A stretch of 64,000 nucleotides of DNA from Lingula anatina (Eukaryota; Animalia; Brachiopoda), in assembly GCA_051362555.1 (NCBI GenBank), contig CM120643.1, positions 15,598,644 to 15,662,643 of the forward strand. The letters run 5' to 3'. Position 1 is the stretch's first letter. Each line of letters opens with the position of its first letter. Of the stretch, positions 13,411-26,226 are shown piece after piece. The notes under the pieces are model-generated. The model did not search any database. It had not been told where the DNA came from and saw nothing but the letters and a program-made list of their open reading frames with translations. Both the position numbers and the translations under genes were made by a program.

Positions 13411-15128
13411 AAGATACGCCTTGCGCCACGCTTTACATGAGTTGTCACAACAAATATCCTCGACTTGCAGATTGATATACCTAAGAAGAGGAATGCTGAA
13501 AAACATCCAATTGACACATCTTTTTTTCCAAAGGAAAAAAGGATATTTAAGATATGTTTGCATTGTGTCGCCACCTTTTGCTGAAAAAGAAAACAAAATG
13601 AGCGATAACCTGCAAAACCATTTCAATCAAACATTCATAATCTTGAGTCTCTAGGTAATTTTACTTAAACAATCTGACCTTTTTCCAAGAGTCAATTAAT
13701 CGACACATCTTGTTTTTAATGTGAGATAGTATTTCTGAGTGTTGTTCCGGGCACTGAAATCGGTTACTCTTAACATACTTGTATTAACATTAATTTCATC
13801 GTGATATCGCGAAACGAACGCCTACTCAATCATTCATTTTGTCCATGAATCTCTCTGGTTTTTAAAAGTTATACTCTTTCTTATGAAATGATATGCAGAT
13901 AAATGACTGACTAAATATGCCTGAGTAATATAAAGTCAGAATTACTGGTCAGAAATACACTTTCAGAACAGTTTGTTGACCCCTTTTCTTCTATATTCAT
14001 GAATTTTAATATCCGGAAAGGGGCAAATATCATTCGGTCAGGTTTTAATATTCACATAATATTTAACTAGTGGTGATAACGTTTTTAATATGCTGTTGTT
14101 TTTATTCTCTAAAGATGACGTTGCGTTTGCCGTTTACTAAGTTTCAAACAGAATGACTGAATATGAGAGCTTCATATCAGTTGAGAGATCGGGTATGAAA
14201 TTTAGTAAGACGCAAATTGAAGAAAATTACGAAATGCTCAGAGAAGATGATAACGACAGAAGAATGTCTAAAAATAAAGAAGTAATAATACAGATGTGTG
14301 TCCAGGAAACAGTTAGATCAGTTATAATTCGGTGGTAGGGCTGGCGGTATCCGTTCCTCGTGATGAGGAGAGGATATTTGGAGCATGTAATCGCTAGAGC
14401 AGGAAAGACACTTGTCGCATTGAATAATTATTGAGAAATTGCGCCTCATTACGCGTCGAATGGAAAAGAAAGATCACGCTGGTAGGTGGGTTTAGAATGC
14501 ATTCGGACAAGAATAAAGTTAAACTGGTTCACGACTTAAATGCGTTTTAGAACCATTAAATTTATTAATCGAGGTGCAGTTTTCATATTCTGCATTCCGC
14601 ACAGGGAGACGTCTCAGCGCCTCTGACGAAAAAATCCCGTTGACTGAATTTGGATGTCCGGTAAAGCGATTTTAACACGAAACAGTAATGGCTCCAAACT
14701 AGTCTGATCGCTCCATTTAACTACTACTTCTGTTCCTTAGATAAACTGACTTGTCGGCCCAGTCCTCGGCATGTCGTAACACCTGTCAAGCCTTTTGGCG
14801 ACATCCCACGCACAAAACTGGACAAAGTTTCGGTAATGAAACAGGGCGGGGGGGGTGGGGGGGGGGTGGGGTTCTAGAAAGCATTCGGTGGAAATTAAGA
14901 AAGTTAAATGTCGGTTACAAAAATCTCAGAGACCGTCTGCCCGTGAGCTTAATAATAATAAAATAATAGTGGGGTAGGGTGACAATTATGGAAAAGGTTT
15001 TTTTTTACACAGACTTGGTCAGGAATGAGAGAGAGGAAAACTGATAATCACAGATTTCTCAGTCAACTTACAACTCCGAAACAAAAGGTCCTGAGGTGTG
15101 ACAAAATCTTCTAAGGAGTTTCAGAGTC

Positions 15129-15129
<1 letters not shown>

Positions 15130-15164
<35 letters not shown>
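15130..15164 (+). repeat. (GA)n microsatellite
   Basis: Direct reading. Confidence 0.95.
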
Positions 15165-15167
<3 letters not shown>

Positions 15168-17490
15168 CAGCGTCAATTACAATTGAAAATTCACGAAAAG
15201 AATTGCGTCAAAATAAAAACGTAAAATATTATTTTGTTTGATATTATTCACAAACAATCACTGTACAATATAAGGCATATTCATAGTTCTAAAATTTATC
15301 ATTCGACATAAAATAGTGTTGAGCATTTATTTATTTATTTATTTATTGACACGCGCATGCTTGCTGGGAAAATTCTAAGATGGTGGGAGGGAAGCAGGCA
15401 TAAAATTGCCCGGCGGGCGGCGTGTGTCAGTTTGGAGTCCGTATCGTTGAAGCCCAAGACCAGAGGAACCCACCCCGGCGGCTGTCGCTCCTCGTACTAG
15501 CTCGATCGGTTTCATGGATAGTTATAAAGTTATTATCCCAGTGAGAACAGTTAACGGCTCTATAGACTCGAGTCGGATTAATTGCACTCGATCACAATGG
15601 TCAATTTTCCCAGTAAAGAAAAGGCCAGTGACCTGGTCAGTGACAGATGGTAGTGGACAATATGGGATGGACAATTGGTGGCATATTGATTTGGGATCAA
15701 GTGGGCGTGTGTCTCAGGAGCGATTTTAACACCAGGGTCCGCGTCTCCGTCCCATCCCCGTCCATTAAGGGGAGACGCCGGGATTAACGTCGTCACGTCA
15801 CATTTTTCTGACGCAGATATTTAAAGTGAACGTGTGGGGGTGACGCGCGAAGTAACTGAAGGAATATAATATCGATAGACACGGGCGCCATGATAATATA
15901 CAAATTGCATTTCGATTGCATGAATTGTGACTCGTAAGCGTAATAATGGTTTGGCAGGACCGCTTACTCCCATCATCATATATACTTAATACTTTCATAC
16001 TTATAACATACTCCTGTTTAATAACTGTAGACGCAATGTTGCCTGTGTCGTGTTATGTAATGGGATTATTTATTTATCTATTTATTTAGGTATGTTTTGC
16101 CTGACTCATGTCGAAAGACATCATTCTACAACCAAGTAATCGGCATGAACATTACTGTTGAAAATAAAAACCTTATGCTTCATCCTGAATAATGAATAGC
16201 CGGAGTTGTAATGCGTTTACAATAGCGACACACGGCTGAGGACACCTGGCCTTTTGGGGCAATGATGTACAAGAAGACATGCTTGTTTTGTTTTTTGTTG
16301 CTGTTGTTTATCACAATGGCTTTACATCCGTTCAGAACGTTGTGAGAAAATCAATTTTATTAGAAAAATAGATTGTTTTCTGGGCTATTTTTTTAAATTC
16401 TCTCTCTGTTCGAACGAAATCCATTGACATTTTATGCCATGTCGAGATACCGTGAGCAATTTTGAATTTCAGTCTCTTTTCATTATTTATTTTAGTTCCT
16501 TTTCTTTTTCAACATGTGCCATTTTTCAATTGTACCATTGTCGAGTCCTACAATGGCAAATCACAAAGCTCACTCGATAAAGATATAAAATAAAAAAAAT
16601 TATAAAGGTAACAAGGAAAACTAACTTCACATGAAAAAAAAATTACATCGCTTTATTTGTGTGAAGCAAAAGCAGAATGAATGATAACAGTATTAGACTT
16701 ACACAGAAGTATTGACTATTCTATATAAATTTAATGAAATAATGTGTTTGATTGTTTACTCTTAGAGATGGTAAACAACCTTCTTTAGTTTATATATATC
16801 TCACAACATGAATCTTAAGTAAAAGAAAACCATTATCTGGCACTCCATATAAAAATGACAGTGCCACAGCAAAGAGAGATGTAGATTGTGACCTGGAGGG
16901 GGCTTGGACATGAGTAATCAAGAAGTAAAATAATCAATGGTATATTTTGCTTTCTTTAATTAAATTTTTTTTCTTCGTTCTTTTTATTCTCACTGTATAT
17001 CTGTGACCTTACAAACTCATAATTAGCAACTTTCCCCCCTAAAAGTATCCGTCACTTTGATCGCCAGCTAATATTCCAATTATTTTTTTAATGATTTTGT
17101 TTGCCTTATTGATATTAGTGATATTATCACACATACTATTAGAGGAAAAAATAGAGAACACTTCCAAGGTGAACGTGACTAAAGGAGGGCTTGTCTTGTA
17201 GAAATATAATCGGTGCTTATTTTCTTCCACTTCCAGTCCTTGCTGCGGGAAAGTATAAAAGTAGCAAATCCTAGGCAGCATTTCAGCTGACATATTTTCT
17301 CATATATTATTGTCCTACATAAAATAAGATAACACTTGCAGTATGTGTAGCTAATGTTCTTTGCATATTCTACGTATTCAGACTAGTTAATCTGTTGTGA
17401 GTTGCATTAAACCGTAATTACAAATGTTACCATATCGACTTTGTGTTGGCAATTTTGTAATTTTCATTTCATTTCCTGGTCTGTCTTCAG

Positions 17491-17648
17491 GTCTGTGTCT
17501 AGCGGCGGGTGGACCCCTGGGGAGACCAGCATGAGAAAGGGATGTCGGTGATGTCAGCGTTAAATTGTTCCGCAGTTTATATCCTCCCACTTTCACTTGT
17601 GTCACCGACGCCGGAGATGTGCCCGTGGACGTATTAGCATTACCACAG
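17491..17648 (+). ncRNA. Candidate non-coding internal exon of a plus-strand transcript
   Basis: Long pyrimidine tract TTTTCATTTCATTTCCTGGTCTGTCTTCAG| and donor CACAG|GTAATT bound a 158-nt GC-rich block with stops in all three frames. It sits at the CpG-rich to CpG-poor transition. Confidence 0.4.
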
Positions 17649-17904
17649 GTAATTTGGCTTTACCCGTGACTTTCTTCTACCCTCTTCAACAGAGTTCGAA
17701 TAATTTGAAATAGTGAATATCTTTATTAAAACTTACTGGAGTTATTGTTGTCACCAAAGATGCAGAAGTAACTAAAAGGTTCTTAACAATATTTGACTAA
17801 TTATAAAAAACAGTCTTTTTAGATTATTTTAAAAATATTTTATTCACACAAAAACAAAACAAGACAAAAAAGATGATAACAACAGTAGTTGAACAGTGAT
17901 GTGA

Positions 17905-17908
<4 letters not shown>

Positions 17909-17980
<72 letters not shown>
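17909..17980 (+). repeat. (TG)n microsatellite
   Basis: Direct reading. Confidence 0.97.
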
Positions 17981-17981
<1 letters not shown>

Positions 17982-18022
17982 AAGAGAGAGAATTTCATAA
18001 AGTTCATCCTTCATCCCCCCAA

Positions 18023-18086
18023 TCTGCTAAATAAGTGAAATGTATAAAGACTTCTCTGCTAAATAAGTGAAATGTATAAAGACTTC
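18023..18086 (+). repeat. Perfect 32-bp tandem duplication (TCTGCTAAATAAGTGAAATGTATAAAGACTTC x2)
   Basis: Direct reading. Confidence 0.95.
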
Positions 18087-20950
18087 TTAAGGCATCAAAA
18101 TGTTTTTTTTTCTGCTGAGGTGAATGCTTTGGATTTACCATTCTACTGTTTAAACATACACATATTATCACACCTTGGTTGCCTGTGAAGTTTGGCAACC
18201 ATCTTTCAGTCATAAGGAGTCTCTTTCTGTTGATGAACCCAGGGGACTGTTATTTTGGCAGATTTGTTGGACTTGTGATTGAATCCAGATAAGTTGTTGT
18301 GGGCTGAAAATGACCCTTGATTACTATAAGTATATTCAAAGTGTTGTGAATTTTTATCAATCAATAAATTTGATTGCTTATTTCGGTTATTTATTTTTAC
18401 ATTTTTACAGCTGTTGCATACATTAGTTTCAGTCATACAGCTAAAATAATTATCTATCAATGATAAATGAAATTTTTTTATTTCATCAATTTTCATGAGG
18501 GTTACTTGCACTCACTGTCCAGCATTGTGAAACTAATACTTCATAAGTTGATAATAATGGAATCTATATTATCCTCAGTTAAACTTACCTGTGTTACCTT
18601 ACCTTATAGAGTTTGGGTGTAGGGATTGTCTAGAGAATGCAATTATTAGTGGACAGGAAGAATATTGTTACTTGACACTTAAGTTGAAGTGTATTCAGAC
18701 AAGGTTAATTTTGGTCTTGTTGATAAACTCCCAAACAGACAACAGATAGATTTTTTAAATAATCTGAAGGCTGGCGATATCTCTGTGAAGACCACCCTCT
18801 ACATCAATATAACCCAGTCAGTCAAAGCATCAATTAATTTTGATTAAGACTTGGTTGTTTTGTGTTATATTTCAGACTTGAAACGGTTTTAAATTAGCAC
18901 CTGTGTGAACAGACGGCTGGGATGGCCAGAGTTTAGCCACCTGCCAGGTGGGTGGGATAATATGTTGACCATATGCCAATGACCACAGAAAGATGACCAT
19001 ACTGTTGGGTAGGACAGAGACATATGTCTTGGTGTTGGGATGGGTGGGGGATTGGGTCGGGGGCAGGGGAGGGGGGACATCTGTGGGGTGGGAGGCCATA
19101 GGACTAATAAAGTCTCCTCCTCGAAAAGATTATTTGATTGAGACACACAAGGAAGACAGGTTTATAGATTGTAATTTTCTCAAGAGTTTTGGATAGGGTG
19201 TACTTTGATAAAGGAAAATGATTCAAATTCCAGGAAAATGCCCTTTTTGCCATATTAAGGTATCACAAATTTTATGCCAGTTCTTTTAAGTAGATGGGCA
19301 TAACTGCCTATTCAACTTTTACACAAGTCTGACTGAATATAAATGCTTGTTCATTTTGCTTATATTTTTGTGCTTTTTTTGTTTTTAGATCATGATTTGG
19401 CATGTGTAACAATAGGAAACAGCATTGTGCATCACATGTGAGAGGGAAATAATGTGAACAAATATAACTTATTTTGACTCTTTTAAGTGATAGTAATGAA
19501 ATAGGAATAATAAAGATGATTGTGGTGTAGGTAAATAGGTCATTATTAAAAAATGAATAAAAATGTATTTTTTATTTCCTTAGTCAGATCAAGTTTTGGA
19601 AGATAAAAAAAAAATATTTATATTTACACACCTCAGCTCCATACATGGCCCATCTAAACATTGTTCAACCAATGTTCAACCATATGACCTTATGTCTACA
19701 AGGTCAGAAGTTCATTTATGACTTTGAAGTTGGCCTTATTAATAATCCTTGCTGCCTTAATTTGTCATTATGATCTTGAAATCATTGTTGATGTCTGGTA
19801 ATTTTTCATACGCCACAGGTAATTACTGTAGACATTGTACCAATGCTGTATTCATTTATCACTTTAGATCTTTAACTAAAGCTAATGTCTTATAAATTGT
19901 TGTTACACATGGGCACAATAAATTACACTGGTGATCATAGTAAATAACAGGTAAACTAAATTTGACCTCAGCAGTTGCTCACTTGGGTAATTTTCAGTAG
20001 GTGACAGTGAAATTACTAGTATTATATATGGCACCATATTCAACTGCCTTTGAGTGAATCAAAACATACAAATTGCTAGAGAACTGCCTTCCTTCCTACC
20101 TCTTCCTGGTGGTGGCTTTTTTCCTCTGTCCATTCTGCTCTTCCACCTCTCACCCTCCATTTCTCCATGATAATATTAAAAAAAAACTATGTGCCATTAC
20201 TGGCACATGAGAGAACATGAAGCTGGAAGTTTTGGTCCCAGAATGTCTTTTTTCTCCTTTTTGAAAGAAAAAGATCAAATATTGAGATGTTTTACTTACA
20301 TGCACTATTAAGTTTTTTTTATTCACATTGATAGAAATATTACTGGCACTGAATTTACTTCTCATAAGACTCAGTCAGAAAGTTTTCATTTATGATAGAT
20401 CTGGATCTGTCATAACTGAAAACTTTCTGACTATGAAAACTGAGATCCAATGAAACTATTTTCACATTCATAAGACTTTGTAAAGAAAAAAAAAAGAAAC
20501 CAGAAAAAGAAAGAGAAAAAGGAAAAATATAGTAAAAGAAAACTTTCATATTAAACGTAACAGATGGAATGACACCTCTATCACCACTGTGAGGAAATCC
20601 AGCTGTAAAACTTGACCAAGACATGAAAGGTTTTATTCTTGAAGGAGAGGGATAATTCAGAGGAGACAGTAATTAACTAATGTCCCTGTCTCCAACCTTG
20701 GCAACTTGATAGCTTGTAGAGCAATGGTGTCTTTGTACTATTGTAGTAGTTAAAATGCCCCACAAGAAGGAGTTCTCAATTTAAATGTTAATACTAACAC
20801 TTAACATTTTCCCAACTAGATCTTAGTGTGCTGGCATCTTCATTATGATTTGGTAGGGCCATGCCATTAAAATCTGGATATCGATTTTGTCTTAGTCAAA
20901 GAGCTGAAAAAAAATTAACCAAATAAGATTGTCATCCTAAGAACTGTTTA

Positions 20951-20953
<3 letters not shown>

Positions 20954-20986
<33 letters not shown>

Positions 20987-21008
20987 TGTGCGCGCGCATG
21001 TGTGTGTG
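20954..21008 (+). repeat. (TG)n/(CG)n alternating purine-pyrimidine microsatellite
   Basis: Direct reading. Confidence 0.93.
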
Positions 21009-24000
21009 TTTATGCGCCGTTACATCATGTTAACATAAATGCATACATGCATGTTTTTCACCATCTTAAACAAGACCAAGATTCGCCACTTGATAATCCA
21101 GTTAGAAACCTGCATTAATATAATCTGTAATTGAATTTTTGGTAAGTCTTTACTCTATTGTATAATAGCTACTGTTGTAGTAAAATTTGCAGCTTTTCTC
21201 TTATATGAAAGCAGGAATTCCCCTATTTTACATAATACAAAAATTGGGATGATTATCTTTTGGAATACCTTGAAGACCAAATATGTCCTGGTCCTCTCAT
21301 TTTCTTTAGTAAAATCCTGGATCTACAAGCGCTAATGATTCTGAATAGAATATTAAGAATAAATTAATGCAGTAGCACATGTTATTTGGGAGCGGGTGGC
21401 TATTTATAGATTCCATTAGGAATTCCGTACAAAATTGTTATTTTAATTTTTCTGTAGCTGCGTGGAAACTTAAAGACTCTCATTAATTTTAAAAGCTCAC
21501 CTTGTGATGATGTAATGTCCCTATCTTGTCACAGACCTTAAATGGCTTATTTACAAATGTAGAATGTAATCTTCTGCTTGGTTAAACAAACTGACAAGTT
21601 GATTGACAAGGGCCTTCTCAGTGAGAAACGAGTTCTTAGTTGGTCTTTTTACGCAGGGTTATTCAAGCATTGGGGTAGGGATACAGGGTATTCTCTTATA
21701 GGTGCTCTCTCCCTATGCTGTAATGTAATGTTATTCAGTACATTGTCTGGTAAGAGTTAAACAATCCCTCCCTCTCGCCATTGTTATTGTATGCTGACTG
21801 TTGTCTCATACACAGCAACCACCCACTGTCACTGTATTAACTGCTGTGGGGTGTGGAGGACATGAAAGGTATAGAGGTTTGAAAAGACGTGTTTCTCATT
21901 CATCCTTCCCCATGTTGATTCCTATCTATTGTCACCCGTCCTTGGAGATAGGGATCATTTATAACAGCCAATCCACCTGTGTTTGTTGGGGCTGGGCTAA
22001 CAGCACGTAATCTGCACTGTGATTTCAATTAACTGCAAGGTAATTGTATCTGTGTTGATGTTGAGGACTCCCTGTGCGTAGAGAAGAGGTGGTCGGCTCA
22101 TCTCTCTGTGTTTACGTTATCAGTGCGATCTGGAGGGGAATATAAGAGGGAGTGGACAATGGAGGGGTATTAACCTTCCATTAAGGTGGAGAAGCTTTGA
22201 TGGGATTTCATTCCCCTGTGGTGGGGGTAGGGTTATGAACACCGCGGAATGAAAGGATGAACCTCCCGTCTGTAGATAGAATCTTTGACAGGATTTCATT
22301 ACCGTTGGTCGGTTCAGTGTCATGAACACCCAACAACAAATTATTTGTGTTGATTGAATCGCAAATAGTTCACTCACATTGTGCGAGCAAATCATGCCGT
22401 GTGAATGGACACGAATAAAGAGGTCTCCTTGCAAGATGTCTTTAAGCCAGAGACTTCATGGACCCATTGAAAGACTGGAGATAAGTTGTGATCATAGTTA
22501 CTGGAAGAAAAATTGACTAATTATGTCAAGATGGTTTAAGTTACGTAACTATTTACATTCATTGATGAAACGATTCAGTTGTGACTAGGTACTTCTTCAA
22601 AGATGAGAAAGGGATATGTGTCAGGAGTAAGTGACAGCATTAATTTACTGGTGTAAATTTATCCATGAACAAGGATAAAAAACCTGTCTACATGTTGTAT
22701 GAAGTGATATTTATTTAAGACAGTAACCAGTGACAGTGAGGAAAAAGGCTATATATAGTTTTGTGGTTAACAGGAAGCCTTAGTTGTCTTTTTAAAAGAA
22801 TGTGGTAGAAAAACATTGTGTATAGGTTGGTCTTTGTGGTTTTTAAGGGTAAATATTCAACCTCTTCTGCCAATGCATGTAGTGTTGTTGTATTTTAAAA
22901 TGTTTTGGTCAAGAAAGTATTTTTTGTTTTAAGATTAAATATTTCCTTCATCACGACTAGTTATTTTTTGTTGTGTTTTACTTTGTTTACCTCTTCATCA
23001 AAATAAGATATATAATATCTCTAAATCTAACAAAATCTACATTGATAATTGAAATTTCTGAAGCAAATTGGATAATTGTTAAATGGTGTCAGAAAGGTAC
23101 ACAGCTACGTCATTTGCAGAAGGCACTCCCCTTGTAATGTCTATGAAATACACTGTACTCACAATACCAGAATTGCTTAAACAGATAACCCAAATTACTC
23201 TTCCCAATCAGAAAGTTCTTTTTCCTGAAACGCTGTAGTATGTTTTTTTATTATAAGAAAATCAACCCAACCATTATATAATCATGTTCATATTTCCTCC
23301 TAATTTGTTTCCAAAACAACACATAGTGGCACAAGTTTACATGGAAGATTATTTTAAATACAATCCTTCTTGTCTCTTTATTCATTATTACAACAAGCAC
23401 AGTTAAAGGAAGTTCAATTATACGTTCCTTATTCATTTTGGAGAAAATGACGGTTATTAAGTTGTGGCCTAATTCACCTGTGCTCTGTACAGTTACAATG
23501 ACCTGTGATGGGAAATTCTCCTGTCAAACAAGTTTTCATTTGTCCACTTATCATTCTCTTTTTTCTCTCTATCTCTTTGTTGTCTACATGTTTATATATC
23601 ATAACAGTAAGGAGGCAGATAGAATACCAGACTGTTATTGAATTAGTACGGAAAACTGTAGGTGTGATAACAAGGTGTTGAACCAAGAAATAATGGCAAC
23701 ACAGAATAAAGGAGTCTAATGGTAATTGTTCTGAAACTTGATGTAATTATGGGGTAGGGCTGTAGGGGAGGGGGGGGAGAGAGGACAGTGTGTGGTGAGG
23801 CGGGGCCCGGGGGGGGGGGGGGGGGGGGAGGGGAGAGAGAAAGTGTAGGCAAGGAGTTGTAACTCCTTGGTGCAGGTATTTTTCCATGAGATGTACTATT
23901 TTCGCCATGTTTGCCAAAATATAACTTTGATTTTATTTTCTTTTTTTGGTATTTTCAAAATTCTAAAAATACAAGTTTTATCATGCATATGTCCATCTAA

Positions 24001-24318
24001 TTAACTCAAACAGAAATCTATTCCACAATAAGTTCAGGTAGAGGAGTAATTGCTTGTGGGGGAGGGGAAAAAGACTTGGTGCAAGAGAAAGAAAGAAAGA
24101 AAGAACAGAGGAAGGTATTTAGCCTCCACATAATTGATTAATTTTCCCCTAAGGAGTGTTAGGCAGAGAGAGAGAGAACAGTGGCTGGGGAGTGAAGTCT
24201 ACCTGTAATTGATAAATTTTCTGTCTCCCCAACACCTCAATTAGTGACCAGCAGGGTGGACAGGTGACCACTGTCTCTGGTTGATGTCTGTCACTCAACA
24301 GGAATTAATGGGATGGTC

Positions 24319-24447
24319 TGGGTATATATGTGTGTGTGTGTGGGGGGGGGGGGGTATGTATTCTGTGTGTGTGTCTGTTTGTGTGTGTGTGTGTGGGGGG
24401 GGGGATATATGTATTCTGTGTGTGTGTGTGTGTGTGGGATATATGTA

Positions 24448-24488
<41 letters not shown>

Positions 24489-24497
24489 ATATATGTA

Positions 24498-24541
<44 letters not shown>

Positions 24542-24549
24542 TATATGTA

Positions 24550-24588
<39 letters not shown>

Positions 24589-24601
24589 TGTGTGTGTGTG
24601 T
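24319..24601 (+). repeat. Compound minisatellite: about 6 units of GGGATATATGTATTC followed by variable-length (TG)n
   Basis: The anchor ATATATGTATTCTG recurs between TG runs; it explains the overlapping VC/HT-repeat ORFs. Confidence 0.93.
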
Positions 24602-25418
24602 TGAGAAATATGAAGGACCTGGAGGTCTCCCATCAATGGTGATAAATATGATTTCTTGTCTGTGTATGAGATATTATGGAATGGAAAAATAACATCAACT
24701 AACAATGACCAGAGGGAGTAGTAAAATATTTCTTCTAAATTTTATTTGCATTTTCTAATAGTTTTGTCCTCTTCTGGCTTCCATGTTTTAATATGCAACA
24801 ATGGCAACAAGCATCTTTCTTATTTTTTAAAAAATTTAATGACTTAGCAGATAGATACTTTTATATTTTTAGACTGGTCGTTCATTCATATTCCCATGTT
24901 TCTTTTACTTTCAACTTACATTGATAATATTTGTCATCAAATAATTTTTAAAAAAATGGTCAGTACATGGTCATTTTGATGTAGTCTCTTTGCAGAAATG
25001 TAATTTTTAAATATATCAAAAATATTATTGAATAAAATCTGATTTATATATTTTCAGAATTCCACCTCAGATAAATGTCATCACTGAAATTGGTGTGGTC
25101 AGAGGATGGTCAGTGTGGTGTGGTCCCTGCTGGTGGCCGCCACTGGACACCCCTGACCATTGTATACAGGGTGGGTATCAATTATCAGGAATGATGGTTA
25201 TCTAAAATTAGTCATTGTTGAGGTCGTCCACTGATCTCCAGTTGATTGCTTCCTGCTGGGATGTGGGGGTTTCTGAGTTAAACATGTGTCAATCACAGAG
25301 TGCCTCTTTAACAGCTTAGGGGGCAGCTGTAGAATTTGCATGACTCTCTGTCTATAGTGTATTGGAGCCCCCTTTGCAGCTTGTGTTGTGTTCCTACTAC
25401 ATGTTGATAGGTGGGGTT

Positions 25419-25804
25419 TTCAGACATATTTTCTGACAGTCTTCCCAATTGTCTTAATTTATTCATCCCTAATCTTTGACTGTCTTTTGACAGAAAAATG
25501 AGATGCCTGTCAATGTAAACTTGAAAGATTCTGACCGTCTTCCAGAAGACCCAGAAGATGGCCTCAGACTCCGTTCACATGAAAAATCTATTTTCTAAAA
25601 ATCTATTTTCTATTTGCGGTATCTTGTGATCACTCCGAGCGCAGCCGAGAATTAATTACAGCTTTGGAAGTAACAGGCTCGCACTGCCAGTAATTACGCC
25701 GCAGGGTATTCAGGGCACAGACCGTGATCACAAGATACCGTGAATAGAAAATAGATTTTTAGAAAATAGATTTTGCATGTGAACGGTCCCTCAATCTGCC
25801 CCTG
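25419..25804 (+). mobile_element. Short non-autonomous DNA element (copy 1), interrupted by the MITE at 25567-25790
   Basis: 25419-25550 aligns with 56060-56190 (ATATTTTCTGACAGTCTTCC...CCTGTCAATGTAAACTTGAAA...CTGACCGTCTTCC.GAAGAC). The GCCCCTG terminus resumes after the insertion at 25798-25804. Confidence 0.75.
25567..25790. mobile_element. PIF/Harbinger-like MITE (224 bp)
   Basis: About 65-bp terminal inverted repeats (CCGTTCACATGAAAAATCTATTTTCTAAAAATCTATTTTCTATTTGCGGTATCTTGTGATCAC and its near-perfect reverse complement), with a 3-bp TCA duplication at 25564-66 and 25791-93. A 3-bp TNA TSD and G-rich TIR start are typical of PIF/Harbinger. Confidence 0.85.
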
Positions 25805-25979
25805 GTTTTTGGGAGGTTAAGGATCCAGTTGTAGGGTACATATGTTAGGGCAAATAGATTCCCCAAGGGGTTAGGTTCTGTATCCTCGATTTTGATTTAA
25901 AGAAAGGAAGGATGGTGCTGGTGTTGGTGCTGGAAAGGCATGGTACTGTGACTGCCAGTGTTCCATAAGATATATGAGA

Positions 25980-26226
25980 CCATGCCCAGAGCCTATCGTA
26001 CTAACTTTGGATCGATCTATTTCCAAGGGGATTCTCACTAAATTGCTATCAAGTTAAAATGTCTCGCACGCCCACTGAAGCTGTTAGAGGTAATTAACTA
26101 TCGTTTAGCGGCTTCAGTAGGCGTGCCAGACATGTAAGCCATTTAAGCTAAAAGCAATTTAGCTAAAAACCCCTTGGAGATGGGTCAATCCAGTTAGATG
26201 GATCTATAGGCATGGGAACCCAGTCT
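25980..26226. mobile_element. Long palindromic (foldback) MITE-like element, copy 1
   Basis: Arms pair through TCCAAGGGG/CCCCTTGGA, CTAAATTGCT/AGCAATTTAG, ATGTCT/AGACAT, GCACGCC/GGCGTGC and ACTGAAGC/GCTTCAGT around a GGTAATTAACTA centre. Second copy at ~37.2 kb. Confidence 0.8.

Noticed and set aside
1118-15877. Three DRE-like TATCGATA words (1118, 6561, 15870)
   Set aside because: AT-rich 8-mer, dispersed, none at the promoter; compatible with chance.
24281-24705. Four overlapping Cys/Val- or His/Thr-rich ORFs
   Set aside because: Translations of the (TG)n compound repeat.
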